Part shown: piece by piece, positions 26,910 to 33,942 of the stretch
How the letters are laid out: each line of letters starts with the position of its first letter
Numbering within the stretch: position 1 is the stretch's first letter
Source: an uncultured Gammaproteobacteria bacterium
GTDB lineage: Bacteria; Patescibacteriota; Patescibacteriia; Patescibacteriales; UBA12465
Assembly (NCBI GenBank): GCA_964448505.1
Contig: CAYUWA010000005.1
Location: 2,726-50,102, forward strand
DNA length: 47,377 bases
Direction: 5' to 3'
The notes under the pieces: model-generated
Databases searched by the model: none
Told to the model about the DNA's origin: nothing
What the model saw: only the letters and a program-made list of their open reading frames with translations
Position numbers and translations under genes: made by a program

Positions 26910-26981
26910 GGTGCCTATGGTTTAATGGTAGAACGGCTGGTTGTGGTCCAGCTAGCGAGAGTCCGATTCTCTCTAGGCACC
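26910..26981 (+). tRNA. tRNA-His(GUG) with encoded G-1
   Basis: G-1 opposite C73. Acceptor gtgccta/taggcac. Anticodon stem gctgg/ccagc with loop ttGTGgt. T-arm gagag-tccgatt-ctctc (unusual T-loop). No CCA. Confidence 0.85.
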
Positions 26982-27059
26982 CCGCACATGAAAAGACGAG
27001 TTTAAAAGCTCGTTTTTTCTGTTATATAAGGCAACAAATGGAGGTTACAGCGATATTCA

Positions 27060-27088
27060 TTGACAAAATTATATTTTTGTAGTATAAT
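27060..27088 (+). promoter_or_regulatory. Perfect-consensus sigma70 promoter
   Basis: TTGACA (27060-27065), exactly 17-nt spacer, TATAAT (27083-27088). Confidence 0.6.
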
Positions 27089-27127
27089 TATTGATTGTCC
27101 TTTAAACATTAATTAAAAATATTAACA

Positions 27128-27289
27128 GTGAAAAAAATAATAGAATTTTGGAAGTCCTTTGCAATTTGTTATGCAATAGGATACATGTTATTTTTAAAAC
27201 CCGCTTTAAATAGCGGGATGGCTAATACAATTTTCTATTTATCGTTGCTAGTGTTTTCAACATTGGCATTTATCTATAGAAAAAAATGA
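27128..27289 (+). CDS. Candidate 53-aa hydrophobic peptide (GTG start), or a non-coding small transcript
   Basis: Hand-translated VKKIIEFWKSFAICYAIGYMLFLKPALNSGMANTIFYLSLLVFSTLAFIYRKK, with two hydrophobic segments. Bracketed by the consensus promoter and a terminator. No Shine-Dalgarno sequence and a non-ATG start. Confidence 0.35.
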   Translation: MKKIIEFWKSFAICYAIGYMLFLKPALNSGMANTIFYLSLLVFSTLAFIYRKK

Positions 27290-27293
27290 GTTT

Positions 27294-27326
27294 AGAGGGT
27301 GCTAAAAACAACCCTCTTTTTATTTT
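27294..27326 (+). terminator. Rho-independent terminator of the small transcription unit
   Basis: agagggt / accctct stem followed by a T-rich run. Confidence 0.7.
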
Positions 27327-27585
27327 ACTAAATATTCCATTAAAAAATTTTTCCAAGTCTTACGATGGGCCACCCTTAATAAAAATAATACAGCGAAAAC
27401 TGGGTTATTTTTGGTTACCTATATTTATTTGTTTTTTATTGTATAATTGTACTAGAAGTAAGCTTTAAACTTACTACCAGTAAATATATCAATAACAAAC
27501 CCTAAAAAGATTGGGCCCGTGCGAAATTAAAATCAGACACCATCTTTTTATTAAAAGTTCGGGCAGAGAGTGAAAAATAACACCT

Positions 27586-29259
27586 ATGACTAATAATAAA
27601 AACTTAAAAGTCGCCTATTTCAGTATGGAGATCGCGCTGGAAAATAATATTAAAACATATTCCGGCGGTCTTGGCGTTTTAGCCGGCGATATTTTAAAAT
27701 CAGCCGCTGATTTAAGATTGGAAATGGCCGGGGTTACGCTCTTAAGTAGAGAAGGATATTTTAAACAAAAGATTGATGAGGCGGGCAATCAAAACGAAAT
27801 AGTAGATAACGATTATGATTTTTCTAAACTTAAGAAATTGCCAAACGAAATAGAAATTAAAATTGCCGAAGATAAAGTCTTAGTTGGCGTTTGGGAATAT
27901 TTAATAAAAAGTCCTAAAGGATTCAATGTTCCGGTTTATTTTCTTGATACCAATATTTCGGCTAACAAACCAGTATATCGCGCGCTCACCGATAAATTGT
28001 ACGGCGGAGATAAAGAAGTCAGGCTCTTACAAGAAATAATTTTAGGGCGAGCGGGTGTAAAAATATTAGCTAGCTTAGGCTATAGTGTTGAGAAATATCA
28101 TATTAACGAGGGGCACGGAGCCTTTGTTATGATTGAGCAGTTTTTAAACTCAAAGCAAGGGACGGAAGAAAAAAAGATTAAAGAAGTTCGCGAGAAATGT
28201 ATTTTTACAACTCATACCCCGGTCAAAATGGGGCATGATATTTTTCCAGTATCTCTAATTTTAAAATATCAAAAAGATTTTCCCGTTGATTTGCCGAATT
28301 TAATAGAGAAAGGAAATTTAAACATGACAAAATTGGCTTTATATTTCAGTCGGTATATAAATGGCGTTGCCATTAGCCATAGCAAGACGGCCAGCCGAAT
28401 GTTTCCCGGATATTTAATTAACGCTATTACAAATGGCGTTCATTCGCTAACTTGGACTTCGCCGGAATTTCAAAAATTATATAATAAATATATTCCCGGT
28501 TGGCAAAGTTCAAATCTCTCTTTAAGAAATGCCGCTACTATTCCTCTGCATGAAATTTGGGAGGCACATCAAGAAGCAAAGAAAAAACTTTTTAAATATC
28601 TTCAAAGAGAAACAGAAGAGATATTAGATATAAATACATTTACTATCGGACTGGCTCGTCGCTTTACCCCATATAAAAGATTAACACTTTTATTTAGCGA
28701 TATGAGGAAATTATTGGAAATAAATAATAATATCGGAAGAATCCAAATAGTTTGTGCCGGGAAAGCACACCCGCGAGACGAGGCGGGTAAAGAATTAATT
28801 AAACAACTCTTTAATTTGAAAAATAAATATCAAAAAGAAATTAAAATTGTTTTTTTGGAAAATTATAATCTTGATAACGCCAAGTTATTAGTTTCCGGCG
28901 TTGACCTTTGGCTTAATACGCCGCTTCCGCCAAATGAAGCATCGGGAACAAGCGGGATGAAAGCGGCGCATAACGGTATCCCGCAACTTAGTACTTGGGA
29001 CGGCTGGTGGAGGGAGGGATATATTAGAAACAAAACCGGTTGGACGATTAGAGGCGCCGAAGAAGATAAAAAGACAAAAAATATTAATGAACGCCACGCG
29101 GAGAGTCTATATAAATTATTGGGAAAAGAAATTCTACCTCGTTATTATAAAAGTCCGGAAGATTGGCGCGAGATTATGCGATTTAGCATCAGTATCAATG
29201 CTTCTTACTTTAATACTGAAAGGGTACTTAATCAGTATATTCAGGAAGCTTATTTATAA
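27586..29259 (+). CDS. glgP: Alpha-glucan phosphorylase (GT35, short archaeal/bacterial type)
   Basis: N-terminus YFSMEIAL...YSGGLGVLAGD and PLP-lysine region EASGTSGMKAAHNG. Confidence 0.9.
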   Translation: MTNNKNLKVAYFSMEIALENNIKTYSGGLGVLAGDILKSAADLRLEMAGVTLLSREGYFKQKIDEAGNQNEIVDNDYDFSKLKKLPNEIEIKIAEDKVLVGVWEYLIKSPKGFNVPVYFLDTNISANKPVYRALTDKLYGGDKEVRLLQEIILGRAGVKILASLGYSVEKYHINEGHGAFVMIEQFLNSKQGTEEKKIKEVREKCIFTTHTPVKMGHDIFPVSLILKYQKDFPVDLPNLIEKGNLNMTKLALYFSRYINGVAISHSKTASRMFPGYLINAITNGVHSLTWTSPEFQKLYNKYIPGWQSSNLSLRNAATIPLHEIWEAHQEAKKKLFKYLQRETEEILDINTFTIGLARRFTPYKRLTLLFSDMRKLLEINNNIGRIQIVCAGKAHPRDEAGKELIKQLFNLKNKYQKEIKIVFLENYNLDNAKLLVSGVDLWLNTPLPPNEASGTSGMKAAHNGIPQLSTWDGWWREGYIRNKTGWTIRGAEEDKKTKNINERHAESLYKLLGKEILPRYYKSPEDWREIMRFSISINASYFNTERVLNQYIQEAYL

Positions 29260-29269
29260 ATTAGAATTT

Positions 29270-29303
29270 AGAAAAAGAAAAAAGAGAGGTTTAAGGCCTC
29301 TCT
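29270..29303 (-). terminator. Terminator of the minus-strand orphan gene
   Basis: agagagg / cctctct stem. The T-run is present only on the minus strand (plus-strand gaaaaagaaaaaag). Confidence 0.5.
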
Positions 29304-29315
29304 CCGTGTATTTTC

Positions 29316-30227
29316 TTAGCTCATGAATTCGGCCATTGAAGTAACCGGTTCATAAACAATGCATCCGAATAAACTTTGGTGTTTATTATCGGCCAACCAG
29401 ATTCCTCCAGCGTATTCGTAACAACGCTTTTTTACGTTGAAGAGAAAGAACACCCGGTATATCATATCCATATTGGTTTTGTCTGTTGGCAGCCGAAACC
29501 TCATCGGTTCTATATAATCCTGGATATATAGATCCCTTTCTTCTTCAATAATTTTCAGGATTTTTGACTTTGTGGTGATCCCGCCATTTTTATTACTTTC
29601 TTTTCTTCTCATCCTTTTCGGGATCCAAACGGCTGTTCCGTTTGGGGAGAGAAGCCCGGTTTGAGTTATCCTTGTTTGGCTCTTTAAGCAAAAAGATTCC
29701 TCAAGGTCTAGCCGAGAGCCCTTTTCAAGGACCGAAGAGTCTAATTCCTCCCAGAGATCTAAGGAGAGACCGTAACTGCGGTCTCCTCTTTCCAGACAAG
29801 TGCTAACCGACCTATGTTGTAAAGATTCTAAGTCGCTAATGTTTTTCGTGCTTTCCAGCAGAATTAATTGGTTAGTGGCTTTCGCTTCACGTACAGAAAG
29901 TGTCTCTAAAAAATGGTTTGCTTCTCTTTGGGATACCAGTTTAAATTTAGGCCAGTACTGGCGACACTTGTTCCAAGCATTGATAAAAGTTGAATCATAT
30001 TCCAAGAGATCAGTATCTCTCGGAGCTTCATCAATTTCAAGAATTGATAGGACTCCTCTATTATTAATAGTACAATCCGTACAAACAATAAAAGAGGGAA
30101 CGCCGTAGTTCTGATTAACCCAAGTATTTTCCTTGGGGAAACATTTTGACCATCTGTCGATCAAATTTCTTAACTTGTGCAGTTCCGTTTGGTTTAGCAC
30201 TTCCTGGTTTAATGAAAAATTTTTCAT
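29316..30227 (-). CDS. Orphan 303-aa protein, function unknown; possible circularly permuted ATP-grasp-like fold
   Basis: Long uninterrupted ORF with its own terminator. It looks richer in G+C and in Cys/Trp/Arg than its neighbours. LYIQDYIEP...YRVFFLF sits near the C-terminus and SILEIDEAPR near the N-terminus. Confidence 0.6.
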   Translation of the reverse strand: MKNFSLNQEVLNQTELHKLRNLIDRWSKCFPKENTWVNQNYGVPSFIVCTDCTINNRGVLSILEIDEAPRDTDLLEYDSTFINAWNKCRQYWPKFKLVSQREANHFLETLSVREAKATNQLILLESTKNISDLESLQHRSVSTCLERGDRSYGLSLDLWEELDSSVLEKGSRLDLEESFCLKSQTRITQTGLLSPNGTAVWIPKRMRRKESNKNGGITTKSKILKIIEEERDLYIQDYIEPMRFRLPTDKTNMDMIYRVFFLFNVKKRCYEYAGGIWLADNKHQSLFGCIVYEPVTSMAEFMS

Positions 30228-30304
30228 TGTTTTTGATTTTTTTTGTGGGCCAATCGGCCCGGTTAATATAATTTAATTGTTAAAGTTCGTTGTTTATATC
30301 CATT

Positions 30305-30336
30305 AAAAAACCGAGCCATTTCTGGTTCGGTTTTTA
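30305..30336. terminator. Orphan bidirectional terminator-like hairpin between divergent genes
   Basis: aaccgagcca / tggttcggtt 10-bp stem with loop tttc, flanked by A6 and T5. No annotated gene ends here on either strand. Confidence 0.5.
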
Positions 30337-30571
30337 TTTGTATATAATTTTCTAAGTTGTTTTGCTATATGCTATTAGAATTTACAAATAAAAACCGATC
30401 TGGATAAATTGACCAGACTAAAAAGCTAATTAACATAGCCTTATTCAGTTGTTTTATTTGCAAAGATTTTAACATATGACAAGTATATATTAGATTTTTT
30501 AATTTCGTCAAGTGGATAAGTATTCTTAGTGAGCATGGTATTTTTAAGCTCTCGAAAAATATAATTTGCTC

Positions 30572-30580
30572 TGGTATAAT
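30572..30580 (+). promoter_or_regulatory. Extended -10 promoter element for the 142-aa membrane protein gene
   Basis: TGG-TATAAT at 30572-30580, about 28 nt upstream of the ATG at 30609. Confidence 0.45.
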
Positions 30581-30608
30581 ATAGGTATAAAAAATAACTA
30601 ATGTAATT

Positions 30609-31037
30609 ATGAAAAAAGAGATGTCGGTCGTCGGGTTTCGGTTCTGGCGTTATTTAATAAACTTTTGGTCGCTCTTATTCTTTGCCTTTATTATTTATGA
30701 TTTTATTTATAATAATAAAGCGGCGGGAATATTGGGAATACTTTCTACTATTTATATAAGTATTTTAGCAATTTACGTTAGTAATAAGGAGTTTGAAAGA
30801 TGGTATAATAAGCACAAAGAAAAACATCCGGGAGAAATTTTCGTAGTTGTCTGGTCGGTATTACTTTTTGCGCTTATCGTTTTAGACTTTGCTTTTGAAA
30901 AATCATATTCTCTTCCTGGCTCAGTCGTTTCTTCTTATATCGCTGTTTTAACAATATTAGCAATTACCAGAAAATCGAAGGAAATGTATTTAGAGAGAAA
31001 AAGTAAATTAGTGCATAAGACTAGTAACAAAAAATAA
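30609..31037 (+). CDS. Polytopic membrane protein (about 4 TM), function unknown
   Basis: Four hydrophobic helices arranged as two similar halves (FERWYNKHKEKH linker) with a basic C-terminus. Confidence 0.6.
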   Translation: MKKEMSVVGFRFWRYLINFWSLLFFAFIIYDFIYNNKAAGILGILSTIYISILAIYVSNKEFERWYNKHKEKHPGEIFVVVWSVLLFALIVLDFAFEKSYSLPGSVVSSYIAVLTILAITRKSKEMYLERKSKLVHKTSNKK

Positions 31038-31048
31038 TATATAAAAAT

Positions 31049-31318
31049 ATGGCTACAAAAAAAACAAACGCAAAAACTTCTTCAAAAAAAGCTGATCAGT
31101 TCAAGGTCTACGGACATGAACTGCTTGGAAAAATTAAGGAGTTAATTAAGGAAGGGAATGTTCGTCGTATTATAATTAAAAACGAGAAAGGTAAAACGAT
31201 GATGGAAATCCCGGTTACCTTTGCGGTCGTTGGCGCTTTTTTTGCTCCGATGTTAGCGGCGATTGGCGCTCTTGCCGCCTTGCTTACTAAGGCAACTATT
31301 GAAGTTGAAAGAAAATAA
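31049..31318 (+). CDS. Small protein, DUF4342-like, with a C-terminal hydrophobic segment
   Basis: Pattern ELLGKIKELIKEGNVRRIIIKNEKGKTMMEIPVTFAVVGAFFAPMLAAIGALAAL recalled as DUF4342-type. Recognised from memory only. Confidence 0.55.
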   Translation: MATKKTNAKTSSKKADQFKVYGHELLGKIKELIKEGNVRRIIIKNEKGKTMMEIPVTFAVVGAFFAPMLAAIGALAALLTKATIEVERK

Positions 31319-31342
31319 GTCAATTTAATACGACTAGTGTTT

Positions 31343-31375
31343 AAAAAAGACCTTTTCTAAATAAGGTCTTTTTTG
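31343..31375. terminator. Bidirectional terminator
   Basis: aaagacctt / aaggtcttt stem flanked by A6 and T6. Confidence 0.75.
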
Positions 31376-31387
31376 GTTATTACTTTT

Positions 31388-32761
31388 TTAAAACATTAAA
31401 TTTAGTACTTCATCTCGGCATTTTTCCATTATTGTTGCGTTAATCGCCTCAAGATTTAATCGCATCTTGTCTTCCGTGTTTGAACCGCGAACATTAAACC
31501 AAAAATCATTATACTCAACACTTATCCCGTCAAGTTTAAAAATTTTGCCATCAGAATATTTTTCCTCAATTCGTTTTAAAACGGCTTCTTTGTCTTTTAC
31601 ATCACGGTTTATTTCTCCGGAAAAAACATATTTGTTGTATAGAGCGATATAATCTGAAATCTTTTGGCCGCAATTTGAGAATTCTTGAAGAAGCTTTAGA
31701 ATAATAATAATTGGATATTCAAAACAACCTATTTCATAATTAATAAAGAAGTGCCCGGATGATTCACCGGCAAAATAAATATCATCTTTTAGCATCTGTT
31801 CCTTTATTAAAGAGTGGCCGACCCGAGTCATTATTGGTACGCCATTATTTTCTACAATTAGATCAGTCGTTATTTTTCCCGGACGAACGTCATAACCAAT
31901 TCTAGAACCGGGCTTATCTTCTAAAAATAGTTTAGCCAATAAACCTCTAATAAGAGCCGGGCTTATCGTTTCTCCTTTATCGTCAACAAAGAAAATTCGG
32001 TCGCCGTCTCCATCGGTTGATATTCCTAAATCAGCCCGGTTTTTAATTACCTCTTTCTTTAATTGCTCTAGATTCTCTTCTTTTATCGGGTCAGCTTCAT
32101 GCGCCGGAAAGGAGCCGTCTAGCTCAAGGTTTAAAGTAATAAATTCGCCGGGAATATTTTTAAAGATATTTTTCAAATAAATCGCCCCCATCCCGTTTGC
32201 CGAATCGCTTACTATTTTTAGCGGCTTAATATTTTGTAAATTAACAACACCTTTGGCATTTTCCAGTTCTTGTTCGGCTATATCATTATTTTGAATTATC
32301 GTTCCCTTAATTTCGCTAGGAATAAATCTATTCTCTAGAATCTTTTCTTTCAAAAATTCCATGCCGGTTTCGCCGCTTATCGGCACGCCCTTTTTTCTAA
32401 CCAATTTAAATCCATTCCATTCTTTAGGATTATGAGAAGCGGAAACCATTATTCCTCCGTCGCAATTTAGTTTTCCAACCGCAAAGTAAAGACTCGGGGT
32501 AGCGGCTAGGCCGATATCAATAACATTTGCGCCGGCACTTATTAACCCTCTTATCAAATTATCTTTTAAAAGAGGAGATGATAAACGCATATCGTAAGCT
32601 ACGGCGACCGTTAAGACAGACCCCTTTATATAATCAGAATCGTTTTTTCTTAATTCAACAAACGCTAGTCCTAGAAGATAAGCTAGCTCGTTATCAAAAT
32701 CTTCTCCATAGATTCCTCTAATGTCGTAGGCTTTAAATATTTTTGGATTGACTTGTAACAT
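31388..32761 (-). CDS. Phosphoglucomutase/phosphomannomutase family protein
   Basis: Active-site serine loop SASHNPKEWNGFK and metal loop GISTDGDGDRIFF. GESSGH. Confidence 0.9.
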   Translation of the reverse strand: MLQVNPKIFKAYDIRGIYGEDFDNELAYLLGLAFVELRKNDSDYIKGSVLTVAVAYDMRLSSPLLKDNLIRGLISAGANVIDIGLAATPSLYFAVGKLNCDGGIMVSASHNPKEWNGFKLVRKKGVPISGETGMEFLKEKILENRFIPSEIKGTIIQNNDIAEQELENAKGVVNLQNIKPLKIVSDSANGMGAIYLKNIFKNIPGEFITLNLELDGSFPAHEADPIKEENLEQLKKEVIKNRADLGISTDGDGDRIFFVDDKGETISPALIRGLLAKLFLEDKPGSRIGYDVRPGKITTDLIVENNGVPIMTRVGHSLIKEQMLKDDIYFAGESSGHFFINYEIGCFEYPIIIILKLLQEFSNCGQKISDYIALYNKYVFSGEINRDVKDKEAVLKRIEEKYSDGKIFKLDGISVEYNDFWFNVRGSNTEDKMRLNLEAINATIMEKCRDEVLNLMF

Positions 32762-33872
32762 AAAAAATAATTCCTCCTAAACCAAAGCAGATTGCAAATA
32801 ATTTTATAATCCAGCCGATATAGGGGATTGAAAATAATAAGAAAATAATTATGATGCCGACAAGAAGCGGCCAGAAATTATTAGGAAGTTCTTTTTTAAT
32901 AATCTTTTTAGTAATAAATTGACCGAGCAAAATTGCGCTAAATATTGGCGCCAAATAAATTATTATAAGCCAAGCGGTTAAAAGAATGAGGGCTAGGGGC
33001 AATCCGATTATCGTAATTGCCAGAAGAATAGAAATTGGCGGGATTATTAAAATTGCTATTAGCCCGGGAATTAAAGTTTTTAAAGATTTCTCTTTAGCAG
33101 AACTTAATATTTTCTGGGTTAGCTTTGTTAACGGGAATATTAATAATAGACCAACTAAAAATGAAGCTAAAATCTGAAATATTATTTTCCAAAAATAATC
33201 GGCAAATAAATTATCCGTTTTAACTTTTGGGGCTTTCATTTCCGTCTTTCCAGAAACAGTTGCTTGCTCGGAAATCTGAGCTTGTTTATTTGAAGTATAA
33301 TTTAAATCGCCATTAATTATTGTTTCCGGAGAAACGATTAGACCTTGGTTTAAATAGGAATCGGATATTTCTACATTAACGCTTTTGCCGACTTTTCCGG
33401 CAAGCAGCAACTGGCTTGCGCCTCCGCTTAAGCCGCCGTTAATATTTCCTCTCATTTGAATATTAGTAGCCATTAAAAGAGCATCCCAACCGATGCGAGA
33501 TTGATTTCCAATTGAAATATCAGAAGCAAATAAGTTAATATTTCTAGCCACTGTTGAATTTAGAGTAATAGAGGATCCGGCAGCTCGAATATTTCCTCCG
33601 ACAACGCCACTTATATTGATTGTTTGAGCGGCAATAATAATATCACCCTCAACTTGTCCGTTAACGATTATTGTTTGAGCGGCGGCGATTAAATCTCCAC
33701 TAATAACACCGTCTATAGTTATTGTTTTTCCGGCGGCATATAAGTTCCCGCTAACAATCTCGTCTTTAGCGATATAAATTGAATCTCCGCTTTTTGTGTC
33801 CGCAGCTTTAAGTGCAATTAATGGTATTAACAAAAGTGCGAAAGAAAGCGCGATAATAAGTTTCTTTTTCAT
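32733..33872 (-). CDS. Signal-peptide protein with bactofilin-like beta-helix repeats and a polytopic C-terminal membrane domain
   Basis: MKKKLIIALSFALLLIPLIALKA leader. Repeats such as IDGVISGDLIAAAQTIIVNGQVEGDIIIAAQTINISGVVGGNIRAAG. Four to five C-terminal TM helices. Confidence 0.6.
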   Translation of the reverse strand: MKKKLIIALSFALLLIPLIALKAADTKSGDSIYIAKDEIVSGNLYAAGKTITIDGVISGDLIAAAQTIIVNGQVEGDIIIAAQTINISGVVGGNIRAAGSSITLNSTVARNINLFASDISIGNQSRIGWDALLMATNIQMRGNINGGLSGGASQLLLAGKVGKSVNVEISDSYLNQGLIVSPETIINGDLNYTSNKQAQISEQATVSGKTEMKAPKVKTDNLFADYFWKIIFQILASFLVGLLLIFPLTKLTQKILSSAKEKSLKTLIPGLIAILIIPPISILLAITIIGLPLALILLTAWLIIIYLAPIFSAILLGQFITKKIIKKELPNNFWPLLVGIIIIFLLFSIPYIGWIIKLFAICFGLGGIIFYVTSQSKNI

Positions 33873-33942
33873 AATTTGTATTATTAAGTCTTAAAAAATG
33901 TTATATTATTATTGTCTGATAACTAAATTATAGCTCAAATAT

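Noticed and set aside
27286-27468. Track ORF of 60 aa
   Set aside because: It starts inside the stop codon region of the small upstream ORF and reads straight through a Rho-independent terminator hairpin. There is no promoter or RBS.
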